From contig JAUCBJ010008054.1 in NCBI GenBank assembly GCA_032718475.1, positions 1 to 64,000 of the forward strand: a stretch of DNA of 64,000 nucleotides, in the 5' to 3' direction. Shown here piece by piece: positions 47,711-59,088 of the stretch. This DNA comes from Nemertoderma westbladi. Lineage: Eukaryota > Animalia > Xenacoelomorpha. Below the pieces are notes generated by a model, which ran no database searches, was not told the origin of the DNA, and worked only from the letters and a program-made list of their open reading frames with translations. Every line of letters starts with the position of its first letter. Positions within the stretch are counted from its first letter, which is position 1. A program made the translations under genes and the position numbers.

Positions 47711-49999
47711 TTGCGTGGTATCCTTAGCGTTCGCTCCACCGATATTGCTAAGAGATTTTATCTGGTAAAAAATAAAAGTAAGAAAATTAAGTTTATAAGT
47801 TTGTATAAGTAATAGTTAGTGAGACTGAGAACTATGGAGTTGATGTAACCATCGAGCTTAACTACCGTATTTCTTCGACTAAGAGCCTGGACGTTTAAAT
47901 TCAAGAAAACAAGTTAAACAAATGAAATAATTCAAATAAAAACAGGATTACCGTTATTACAATGCAGCCTATTACAGCGGTACAACACCTCAGAGTTGGA
48001 CAGGACACAGGCCGGTTTTTCACGGCCCGAGCCCGTTAATATATATTAATGATAAAATCGTGTGCTAGTGGCATCGCTCACTAATCGTGGCTCGCCCCAC
48101 ATTGTATTATTATTAAATGCCGGGGAGTTTATTCGGGGAAGGGGTTTAAGTTGCTAATTTGATGGTAAGGGGGGGGGGGGGGGGTGGGGGGGATTAATAA
48201 AAACTTTAATATGACTTACCAAGTTTGATTTGAACTTGTCGTCATCATGTAATTGTTCTTCCAGCTCATTGACCTCTTCAATACGGCTCATGGGGAACTT
48301 TGGGATATAGCCTGATTCTGCTGCAGAGGAGTCGCCGTCTATGATTCTCTCAATTTTAATACCAAGTTCGACTTGTCGCTCCCCTTGCCTTTTCAGCTCC
48401 TGCTGAAGACACTCTAATTTGCTAAGAAGCTTCTTACCCAGAGCTAAAATTCAACAATTACAAATATTAATAAATATATATGAATATTTTTTAAGCCCCT
48501 CTTTTTTATTTTTAAGTCGGATTGAAATACGCCATGAAATAAAGTAACAGTATTCTAACTTGAATTGGTAACATTGTTTCAAAGTATAATATTTAACTCT
48601 TGCACACTGTGGAATTGTTGGTTGAATTGGTAACATTGTATCAACGTATAATATTTAACAAAAATACAATTATGTTCATTGTCGTTGAATTTTAACGTTG
48701 AGGAAACAGTAACATTTCAGAAAAATTTAAACTAGTTATTGCAGTTAATTTGTTAACGTTACACAAACGCATAATATTCAACGCATACAGTTTAATGAAT
48801 ACAATACATACATTTAAATAACGCAAAATAAACTAGGCATCATGGTTAAAGTTCTTACATTGTATCAATGTTAGTCCTTGATATAAAACTAAACTAGGAA
48901 ACTAAAAGGCATGGTAGATTTTCTGGTAATTGTAAACTTGTAATAATGATGTATAAGGATGAACTTACACTCCATAATTAGCACGGGTGAGGTCGGATTA
49001 TAATTGGCCAGATGTTGTTGTTGTTCAATGGGCGTCACGGCAATTATCTCAGCGTCTGATCCACCCCGAGTTCTTGGAGTGGTGTTTATACCTGTTGGTG
49101 GCGGTGTTGGATGATCCGGTGCTCCAGGAAGTTCCATTTCACCATTAGTATCGTCGGATTCGCTATCGCCATCAAATCGTGGTGGGGGTCTATATCAAAA
49201 TTAATATTAACGTTGATGTTACGGTAATAGAAAAATAGCATAAAAATTGATGAAAATGACGATTTAAAATGTTATGGGTGTGCACTGTGCAGTAGCCTCC
49301 TACTACAAGTAAAGACAAACATTTTGTTACATGCACTCTTAATGTTGAATACACATTGTATTTTCATATAGAATGTACCATAACTTTAAATTAAATTAAA
49401 AATTAAGTAGTTATATGTACAATTTATTTATAAAGTTTTATATATAAACTAAGTAGATATATATATATACAACAGAACATATAACCGTACTACCGGTAGT
49501 TAGGACTCCGGGAGGTTTAGACTAGGTTGAAGTGGGAGGAACAAAGATAGGCCTACCGGTATGGTAGGCCTATATATGATATCAGGTCAGGATATAGGCA
49601 GACAACCAAATGGCTGAATGGTTCAGTACCGCTAGCCTAATCATCTAACCTAACAGCTAACCTTGCATCACGTTTCCTTTTGCGATGATTGCCGGTAGTA
49701 GATTGTTGACCTCCTCCTTCGGACTCAAGCGCCCTATTGTTTTCAGCCAGTTTTTGGTATTTAATTACATCTCCATACGTGCAGCCTCTCCGTATGATAA
49801 CAACTGGGTATAGGTCCCAATTCTTTTCTGGTTGGGTGTAATTTTTGATGGCATTCGATACATTTTTTGGAGGCCAATAGCATTCCGCAAGAGGTCGCTC
49901 ATCCACATCATTTGTTTCGAGTATTCTAGTTAGCCATGTTTGTGGGACAGCGGCTAACGCATTATCCTCATCCACAAACTCGACAAGAGAATAATACAT
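47204..49999 (-). CDS. Spliced DUF4806-type transposon accessory gene (exons 49999-49662, 49189-48969, 48443-48220, 47761-) reading in frame into the integrase C-terminus
   Basis: GT-AG introns with compatible phases; N-terminus YSLVEF...VPQTWL...CYWPP; FPMSRIEEVNELEEQL|IKSLSNIGG is typical of DUF4806 proteins. Confidence 0.6.
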
Positions 50000-52922
50000 T
50001 CCGTGTTTTGTTTATTATTATTACAGTAGAGTATTCAGGTCAGGTGATAGTTTCCCGTTTACCATTACCTACCGTTACGTTACCTGAATGTATACTGGTA
50101 TAGGTGTATACCGTAACTAATTAATACATTACCTGAATGCATACTGTATGTATACCGTACGGTACCGGTAACTAGGTCAAAAATTTTATATCGGTAGCCT
50201 ACCGGTAGGCCTACTGCTTCTGCTACAACAATCTGACAATGGTCCTTTACAGCCTTAACAATCAGACAATAGGCCTACAGGCGGACAAGATAAAATAAGA
50301 ATGAAAATGCAGACAGACCAGCCAGCCAGCAGACAGATCTAAAATAAACTGATAAAAGCAGCCTCTGGCCTCTCGGCCTAACCCCACGAACCCTCCATTT
50401 TTTCTTTAAAAAAATACCATGGTTTTGTTCAGCCTCTGGCTGCTTGTGGCTGGCAGGGGCAGCCTGGACCGGGCCCGCACATCCACACGGCACGACCAGA
50501 ACTTCTCAATAAGCAAAAGGAAAAGGCTGAAAGGTGAAATGGCTAAGAAGAATTATATAGACCCGGTAGGGCCTACCGGTGCGGTGACCTGTAAAAGAGA
50601 AATAAATAAAAATGGCCCAAAAATATTCGGCAAACTCGTAAAGCAGCAAAGGCAGAAAGGTCACTAGTTTTCAACTAGGCTAGGCAGCTAGGCCTGTCTG
50701 CCTGTAGGCTTTAGGCAGCTAGGCCTACCACCGGTCCTGGGGCTGGAGCCATTGGTATTTCCATCATCTGAATGAAAAACTGGTTCTGGTACTATGATTG
50801 TCTCTGCATTTGTTTTGTCATTAGGGCTACCACTACCAGTAGTCGTACTACTGCTAGGCGTAATATCGGTAGACGATACAAACGCATTATCAATTATATT
50901 TTGCCATTCTTCATCCACGGCATTACTAAGTCTCCTCCTCTTTGTCCAATAAGACATAACGCAACGGCCTGACGGTAGGCTAGCTAGAAAAGCCAGCAGG
51001 AAGCATATGCCAGTATAGTATGCAGTATGCGTACAAAATACAACAGAATTCAACAGAGCTCTCTGCTCTGGCTGTCTGGCATAGCTCTGCAGCTCTGTAC
51101 AGCTGTAGCTGGAGCTGTGCCGCTGAACTTCCGCACCAGTACAGTACTGCAGTACCGGTAGGCAGATAGACCTAAGTACTAAAGTATTGAAGTGACTGCA
51201 GACAGGTGAGCAACAAAAAGCAGAAATGCTGAAATGTGAACACAAGTACTGTTGCATATACTGATGTAGTAAGCAGCACATAACAGCATAAGGCAATAAG
51301 GGTATAAATAGAAGGCATGGCCTACTTTGCAAAATATGTAGTACATTTGGCTCTGCTATACAAGGTGATTTGATTTACCACATGTTGAGGTTGAATCTAC
51401 TGTATAATGTTTAATATTTAACAGCAATTCAAACTACTGTAGTTATTGCAGTTGAAATGCTAAAATTGAATCAAAGTATAATATTTAACTCTTGCACACT
51501 GTGGAATTGTTGGTTGAATTGGTAACATTGTTTCAACGTATAATATTTAACTCTTGCACACTGTGGAATTGTTGGTTGAATTGGTAACATTGTTTCAACG
51601 TATAATATTTAACTCTTGCACACTGTGGAATTGTTGGTTGAATTGGTAACATTGTTTCAACGTATAATATTTAACTCTTGCACACTGTGGAATTGTTGGT
51701 TGAATTGGTAACATTGTTTCAACGTATAATATTTAACTCTTGCACACTGTGGAATTGTTGGTTGAATTGGTAACATTGTTTCAACGTATAATATTTAACT
51801 CTTGCACACTATGTAATTGTTGGTTAAATTGGTAACATTGTTTCAACGTATAATATTTAACTCTTGCACACTGTGGAATTGTTGGTTGAATTGGTAACAT
51901 TGTTTCAACGTATAATATTTAACTCTTGCACACTGTGGAATTGTTGGTTGAATTGGTAACATTGTTTCAACGTATAATATTTAACTCTTGCACACTGTGA
52001 AATTGTTGGTTGAATTGGCAACATTGTTTCAACGTATAATATTTAACTCTTGCACACTGTGGAATTGTTGGTTGAATTGGTAACATTGTTTCAACGTATA
52101 ATATTTAACTCTTGCACACTGTGGAATTGTTGGTTGAATTGGTAACATTGTTTCAACGTATAATATTTAACTCTTGCACACTATGTAATTGTTGGTTGAA
52201 TTGGTAACATTGTTTCAACGTATAATATTTAACTCTTGCACACTGTGGAATTGTTGGTTGAATTGGTAACATTGTATCAACGTATAATATTTAACTCTTG
52301 CACACTGTGGAATTGTTGGTTGAATTGGTAACATTGTTTCAACGTATAATATTTAACTCTTGCACACTGTGGAATTGTTGGTTGAATTGGTAACATTGTT
52401 TCAACGTATAATATTTAACTCTTGCACACTGTGGAATTGTTGGTTGAATTGGTAACATTGTATCAACGTATAATATTTAACAAAAATACAATTATGTTCA
52501 TTGTCGTTGAATTTTAACGTTGAGGAAACAGTAACATTTCAGAAAAATTAAAACTAGTTATTGCAGTTGATTTGTTAACGTTACACAAACGCATAATATT
52601 CAACGCATACAGAGTAAGTATTTTTGGTTTTATTATTAACAATATAATAACGTAATATAAATAACACAAGTAAAAATTTGGCATCATGGTTGAAGTTCTT
52701 ACGTTGTATCAATGTTAGTCCTTGATATAAAACTAAAATAGGTATTTGTGGTTAAGTTCCTAACGTTGATGCAACATTTAAAGTTCAACTAAATAGCATG
52801 GTAGATTGTATGGTTGAATTGCTAAAGTTTCTATAACGTAATTTGCATAACGTTGGTTTGAGGCACAATTTGCAACTTCATATCAACGTACATAGAAGGT
52901 TTTAGTGGATATTGGATAGTGG
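47710..52922 (-). mobile_element. CMC/EnSpm (CACTA-like) element remnant
   Basis: Candidate terminus TAGTG(G) at 52917-52922 (CACTA on the minus strand); AACGTT-rich subterminal region; DUF4806-type gene; possible transposase first exon MSYWTKRRRL at ~50957. Other end lost. Confidence 0.5.
51470..52480. repeat. 62-bp satellite, ~16 copies
   Basis: Unit TGGTTGAATTGGTAACATTGTTTCAACGTATAATATTTAACTCTTGCACACTGTGGAATTGT; a 1.5-unit copy with the same flank lies at ~48570-48895. Confidence 0.95.
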
Positions 52923-53226
52923 ACATTGAAAAATAGTAGAAGTTACCTGATGCTAAGTGTAGACACCCGAACACCTGTAAAATAAAGGTTGGTGATTGGA
53001 TGCAGTACTAGCGTTGGGTGACTAATAACGCCTCTAGCGGAATAAGCGGGAACTTGAGAAGTTACCATGGTTACGGATGAAATGCTGACATCTGATTGGT
53101 TGAAATAATAACGACCACTGCTAATGGTTGAAATGGTGGCTTCTGATTGGCTGCAGTACTAGAAATGGATGGTAATGATGGGCTACGGGTGACCTTGTGC
53201 GGGGGGACATGTAATATATACTACTA

Positions 53227-53988
53227 CCCTGGGCGACGTTGAGTGGAGCACCCTGACCCTGGGCGACGTTGAGTGGAGCACCCTGACCCTGGGCGACGTT
53301 GAGTGGAGCACCCTGACCCTGGGCGACGTTGAGTGGAGCACCCTGACCCTGGGCGACGTTGAGTGGAGCACCCTGACCCTGGGCGACGTTGAGTGGAGCA
53401 CCCTGACCCTGGGCGACGTTGAGTGGAGCACCCTGACCCTGGGCGACGTTGAGTGGAGCACCCTGACCCTGGGCGACGTTGAGTGGTGCACCCTGACCCT
53501 GGGCAACGTTGAGTGGAGCACCCTGACCCTGGGCGACGTTGAGTGGAGCACCCTAACCCTGGGCGATGTTGAGTGGAGCACCCTGACCCTGGGCGACGTT
53601 GAGTGGTGCACCCTGACCCTGGGCGATGTTGAGTGGAGCACCCTGACCCTGGGCGACGTTTAGTGGAGCACCCTGACCCTGGGCGACGTTGAGTGGAGCA
53701 CCCTGACCCTGGGCGACGTTTAGTGGAGCACCCTGACCCTGGGCGACGTTGAGTGGTGCACCCTGACCCTGGGCGACGTTGAGTGGAGCACCCTGACCCT
53801 GGGCGACGTTGAGTGGAGCACCCTGACCCTGGGCGATGTTGAGTGGTACACCCTGACCCTGGGTGATGTTGAGTGGAGCACCCTGACCCTGGGCGACGTT
53901 GAGTGGAGCACCCTGACCCTGGGCGACGTTGAGTGGAGCACCCTGACCCTGGGCGACGTTGAGTGGAGCACCCTGACCCTGGGCGATG
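53227..53988. repeat. 30-bp GC-rich minisatellite, ~25 copies
   Basis: Unit CCCTGACCCTGGGCGACGTTGAGTGGAGCA. Confidence 0.95.
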
Positions 53989-54519
53989 TGGTGGGGAGCG
54001 TCCTGGTCGACATATTTTCTGAACACGTGCTCCCTATTGATTGGCACTATTTTGATAATATGTACATGGGCAGCCATCACCATCCCTTCCACGTTAGTGG
54101 CTGACTTCGCACACCAAAACACATTCCACCGACGATCTCCGTACCGGTCGAATTCACCAACAACGTGGGCCCGGGCAGCGCCCCCTGGGATGCGATTCGT
54201 CTTTGCCTACATGATTATATAAAATGTGTAAATGAAACATAAAAAAATATGGATATTCTTGTCCCATGCATTTTTACAAGTATTTTTGTTATTCTATAAA
54301 TATTACAATTCAACATACTGTATGTAGTAATTCAACTAATTAATATAATTCAAAAGCTTGAGTTCTAATTTTTGCTGTTAGTTTTTGTAATTATGATAAC
54401 TTTTATCCAAAAATACATTAGGTTCTAAAATGTCAAACATGTGAGTGCCATATAGTTAGTTTTTTAGTTTATACTAATATGATTCAATACAGCAAATGTA
54501 TTGTAGTTTTGTATTATAT

Positions 54520-56050
54520 TGTTAGCTTATCCAATTCCGCTAACACCCCACAAAGTAAGCCGTTAAGCAATATTGGGAGCACGAGGTTGGGTAATCAACA
54601 ACTCGTGTCACCCCAACAAAGTGGGAAGGAGATACGCACAATAAGGGTCAGGGGTCACACCCCTGACAGAGAGAGAATAGCAGGAGTGAAGGGAAAACAC
54701 TCCAAAGGGCGCCAACAAGGTTATACCAGTTACACATTATTGCTGTATTACCGGTCAATGGTGCTATCTGCTATCATCCAATATATATTATTAGTACGAC
54801 TATATACAGGATTCAGGAACACAAACTCTTATCCTTTTCCATCACACGGTGTGGCTGACGCATACGAAACGACACCGGATAAACCGGGATCCTCTCGGAT
54901 CCCGTCACAGTCTCAACTCTAGGCCTGCCGAACTGTGACTGATAGCCACTGAAAGACCAAAGATGAGTCGGAAAGGAAAGACAACACCGCCGCGGACCCC
55001 GGACGACAACTCAACGATCCGCGAGGCCACGGCCCGCAATCCGGCAACCCAAGAGAAGGGGGGCCGTCTACAACGAGAAGGTGAGGGCGAGTTGGAAGGA
55101 GAAAGAGACGAGTCGACACACGACGGCGGTCGACGTGCCGATGTTGCCGGCCAGCCACAGGCCGAGGGCGACAGATGGCCCACCGGAACTGCAACGGTGG
55201 GGCCGCCGGTACGACGTCGGACCCGGAGAGATGGAGGAGAGGTCGGCGACGAGGACGTCGGGGTTTCTGATTGACTTCGACGGGCCTACAACGCGACCCG
55301 GAAGTTACTTAAGGAGGCCAAGGAGGGGGCGAGGATAGACGAGGTAAAGCTGACAAAGGGACTAGGTGAGTCGGATAAACATTTTAGTTATCTAATGCGC
55401 TTCGGGCAGAGAGAACTGACCAAGGAGAGAGCGAGAGGGGTTGCCGAGGAACTGTGTGATTTATGGCGGTGTAGGGGTATGCAACCTAGTGTAGTGTACA
55501 TAGGGCCATACTTAGTCGATGCCCGGGGAATAAAATTAGTGGGTTGGAGAAGACCTGAGGAGGGCGAATCCGAGGTTAATCCCGAGGATTCGGTCTCGTC
55601 GGTCGGAGGGAATTCCAGTTCCGGGAGGCGGGGGAGAGTTAGTAGGACGGGAAGGCGGAGGGAATCCGTCACAACCGATAAGTCCGCTACATCCTCCGCA
55701 AAAGAAAGACGGGTGATGGAAATAAATGCGGTGTACCATCTCGATCTGATAGCGCAAGACCAGAGAGAAATACAGAGACAGTTAGAGGAAGGGGGTGTGC
55801 TATTAGAGAAGGAAATTGAACTGGTTAGAGAGACCGGAGAGAGGGCCGAGAGAGCCGCGAGAAGCTTTAGAGAGAGTGAGGGAATAGGGTGGAAGGAACG
55901 AGAAGAGCGTGAGGCGAGAGAGGAGAGGGAGCGTAAAGAGCGCAAGGCGGAACGTAAAGAGCGTGAGGCGAGAGAGGAGAGTGAGCGTAAAGAGCGCGAG
56001 GCGGAATGTAAAGAGCACGAGATGGCGAAGGAATTTTTAAAGGTGGAAGT
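54520..56050 (+). mobile_element. 5' part of an LTR retrotransposon (Bel/Pao-like gag N-terminus with coiled coil)
   Basis: Possible LTR TGTTAGC...ATCACA (~54520-54846); purine-rich ORFs 54963-55274 and 55395-56078 with VNPEDSVSSVG and ERE/RKE coiled-coil repeats; abruptly joined to the Polinton module. Confidence 0.5.
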
Positions 56051-56053
56051 CAC

Positions 56054-56497
56054 TTGGGTGTATTTAAAGGCTGTTTGAGTCCTGGAATTTATGGACGAGT
56101 TAGAAAAGGTCAGTCACTACCAATTGGTTACTTCCCTAATGGAAGATACAATGGCCAAAGAGGGAAGGGTATTCTCGGTAACATATTAAGAACAGTTATA
56201 AAAGTAGCCAAGCCAATAGCTAAAGTGGCTGTAAAGTTGGAAAATTTGTACGAAAATCAGTTATACCAGCTGGAAAAAAACTTAAAAATTAAAAAATTAA
56301 AAAAAAAGTAAAACATATAGCAATTAAGGCAGCTTCTCGAATGAAGCCTAGTACACGAAAAGTAGCTAAACAAATTTATAAAGAGGTCTTAAAAACAGGA
56401 AAGTCAATCAGCAACTCCCCAACTATAAACGAAGGTCGACAGGGAATTAGGAAGAAAAAGAAGAACAAACATTGTGAAGATATATTTGGTGAATAAT
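56054..56497 (+). pseudogene. Basic core-like protein of the second Polinton module, frameshifted
   Basis: VFKG, QRGKGILGNILRTVIKVAKPIAK and, after a frameshift, MKPSTRKVAKQIYKEV...KNKHCEDIF, matching MKPSTRSVVEKVYRDL...KLKHCEKSIF of 44795-45355. Confidence 0.7.
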
Positions 56498-56504
56498 AAT
56501 AATA

Positions 56505-57755
56505 ATGGCAACTGTAACAAAAAGAGAAATTGCTCTATTTGATTCTAAACTATCGCAAACTGAATTTGCATCTTGTCATGTACAGGAAGTCCACCTTATA
56601 TCTCCTTTGCATGCGAGTTCACTCATTAATGAATTCGATTTTGGGACATCTGATCGCTTCTATACGCCACTGCATAAGACGCTATTGGAAATTCCTTATG
56701 AAGTTGGCTGGGATGCTCGTGAGGGGGAGGCTTTAGTCCATCATACAAACTATCCTATTAATACACTATTTAGTAACCTACAACTACTCCTTAATGATCA
56801 AGAAGTTGAGACGGCAAATAATCATTATGCACAGAAAGGTATATTCCAAGTTATTTTATTCTCAGACAATGATCTCAAGAAAACAACATTACAAGCCGGT
56901 GGATTCGTTAAACCAAGTGATACAAATGGAATTGCTGTTGCTAATGTTATTGCCCCTAATAAACATAAGCGTCAAATCATTGGTCCTATAATTAGTGACA
57001 TTTTTGCCCAAGGAAAAGCAATTCCTCCTGGTGTTTCTATTAAAATTAGATTTACACGTCATTCAAATTCATTTTTTATCAAATCTGATGGTAATGTAAC
57101 AAACCCTCGTGTTCAAATTACCTATGCCGTATGTCACGTGACTAGGTATGAACTAAATAGTGAAATAATGCGAGCACATCAAATGGGTCTTCAAAAGGAT
57201 GATTTTAAATTTCCTTTAAACAAACATCTTGTTACAACATTTACTATTGCAAGAGGAACCAACACACATACCCGAAATGACCCATTTCAAGGTACTTTAC
57301 CTAAATTTGTTGTCATGGCAATGACCAATCAGACCAATTTAGCCTACAGTGGATCATTTACATCCGACCCTTTATTATTTAATCATTTTAATATAAATCA
57401 TGCCGAATTGAATGTTGATGGGAAAATAATTAGAGGAAGGGCATTTAAACCTAATTTTCCCAACGATACTTTCATGAATGAATACCTTGCCTTTCAATTG
57501 ACTTTGAATGATTATATGCTTGGATCAGGAAATGCTATTAAACCTGATGATTACAAAAACTACTATCCGTGGCTAATTTGGGACCTTACAGCTAATAACG
57601 ACTTAATTGACCAATTTCAACCAAAACAATTTTCCAATGGAATATTGAAATTGCATTTTGGGACTGGTTTACCTGAGACAGTAAATGTGATTCTATTATG
57701 TGGATATGATGCAATGATGAGAATCAGTCTCGATGGACAAGTTCGCATATTCTAA
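56505..57755 (+). CDS. Polinton/adintovirus-like major capsid protein, second divergent copy
   Basis: Collinear with 43533-44792 (VTTFTI, PKFVV, AYSG...PLLFNHFN, WDLTA, NGILKLHF, ETVNVI); 416 aa, intact. Confidence 0.85.
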   Translation: MATVTKREIALFDSKLSQTEFASCHVQEVHLISPLHASSLINEFDFGTSDRFYTPLHKTLLEIPYEVGWDAREGEALVHHTNYPINTLFSNLQLLLNDQEVETANNHYAQKGIFQVILFSDNDLKKTTLQAGGFVKPSDTNGIAVANVIAPNKHKRQIIGPIISDIFAQGKAIPPGVSIKIRFTRHSNSFFIKSDGNVTNPRVQITYAVCHVTRYELNSEIMRAHQMGLQKDDFKFPLNKHLVTTFTIARGTNTHTRNDPFQGTLPKFVVMAMTNQTNLAYSGSFTSDPLLFNHFNINHAELNVDGKIIRGRAFKPNFPNDTFMNEYLAFQLTLNDYMLGSGNAIKPDDYKNYYPWLIWDLTANNDLIDQFQPKQFSNGILKLHFGTGLPETVNVILLCGYDAMMRISLDGQVRIF

Positions 57756-57758
57756 ACA

Positions 57759-58217
57759 ATGCTAAATTCTAGAGACTTAAAGAACTTTGAAATTGGTAAA
57801 CACTATTTAGGTTGCTTTGCCAGTAACCAAATACCGAAGTTGGTGAATAAAGGTCAGGAATTTGGTTTAATAAGTAATACCCAAGGCAGTCATTTACCTG
57901 GTTCCCATTGGGTCTGTATTTATGGTAACAATCACAGAGCTGAATATTTTGACTCATTTGGTCAGTATCCTCCACCTCAAATAGAAACTTGGTTGAATAA
58001 TAATACAATGACATGGAGACGAACAAGGCGTATCTACCAACACCCAAAGTTTACTACATGTGGAGGGTATGTGATTTTTTATTTGACTAAAAGACCTTAT
58101 ATACATAATCCATTGGGGATATTTACTGATAATCTGTTTTTAAATGAAAAGATACTTGGATGTTGGTTTCGTAACTATGCAAAAATTGTTCAAAAGGATT
58201 TAAAAAAAAGTCTATAA
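57759..58217 (+). CDS. Adenain-like cysteine protease, second copy
   Basis: GSHWVCI, YFDSFG, YQ...TCGGY; 152 aa, intact. Confidence 0.9.
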   Translation: MLNSRDLKNFEIGKHYLGCFASNQIPKLVNKGQEFGLISNTQGSHLPGSHWVCIYGNNHRAEYFDSFGQYPPPQIETWLNNNTMTWRRTRRIYQHPKFTTCGGYVIFYLTKRPYIHNPLGIFTDNLFLNEKILGCWFRNYAKIVQKDLKKSL

Positions 58218-58287
58218 TTTATTATTATTAATATAATTATTAATGTTCTCAAACTATAATCAATACATATCCTGAATTAATCCATGT

Positions 58288-58530
58288 TTGGAAGCTATAT
58301 ATAATATGAGTGGAAATTCTTATTCGGTTGGTGTATTACCTAAGGTACTAGCAACATCAGTGATTGATTTTCAATTTTACAAATTAAGCAATGGAGAAAT
58401 AGTCTTCAAGGAAATATCAGTGGCAGATGACTTTGGAATAAGCAATTTCATAATAAAACCGCCATTGAATAGAAGTCTAAACAAAAATGATATTGTGATA
58501 ATCGGTTGGATAGAGAGAAATGGGAGCTAA
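58288..58530 (+). pseudogene. Truncated paralog of the 42450-43046 Polinton protein
   Basis: VIDFQFYK...VFKEISV...FIIKPP; cut off by the G-rich satellite. Confidence 0.6.
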
Positions 58531-59043
58531 TGGGAGCTATGGGCAATGGGATCTATGGGAGCCAATGGGAGCTATAGGAGCCAATGGGAGCTATAGGAGC
58601 CATAAGGAGTCATAGGGAGCTATGGGGAGACTCCTCGGCTAATGGGAGCAATGGCCAAGGGAGCTATAGGAGCCATAGGGAGCTAATGGGAGCTATGCGC
58701 AATGGGAGCTATGGGAGCCAATGGGAGCTATAGGAGCCATAAGGAGCCATAGGGAGCTAATGAGAGCTATGGGCAATGGAGCTAATGGGAGCTATGGGCA
58801 ATGGGAGCTATGGGAGCCAATGGGAGCTATAGGAGCCAATGGCAGCTATAGGAGCCATAAGGAGCCATAGGGAGCTAATGGGAGCTATAGGGAGCTAATG
58901 GGAGCTATGGGCAATGGGAGCTATGGGAGCCAATGGGAGCTATAGGAGCCATAAGGAGCTATAGGGAGCTAATGGGAGCTATGGGCAATGGGAGCTATGG
59001 GAGCCAATGGGAGCTATAAGAGCCATAAGGAGCCATAGGGAGC
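58519..59043. repeat. G-rich ~10-bp satellite with higher-order periodicity
   Basis: GGGAGCTAAT / GGGAGCTAT / GGAGCCAAT / GGAGCCATA variants recurring in a fixed order. Confidence 0.9.
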
Positions 59044-59088
59044 GAGTGGGGGGGGGGGGGGGCTGGTCCAAAGCGGGGCAATCCCTCA

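Noticed and set aside
51470-52480. CRISPR-like array (62-bp period)
   Set aside because: The entire period is conserved; there is no variable spacer.
53227-53988. Telomere-like CCCTGA/CCCTAA repeats
   Set aside because: The hexamer is only part of a 30-bp unit and is not in tandem.
55388-56053. 221-aa Ser/Leu/Arg-rich minus-strand ORF
   Set aside because: Antisense shadow of the gag-like coiled-coil ORF.
26000-59000. Complete Polinton with TIRs, pPolB and ATPase
   Set aside because: No PolB or Walker A/B packaging ATPase motifs and no long AG...CT terminal inverted repeats could be found; only partial modules are supported.
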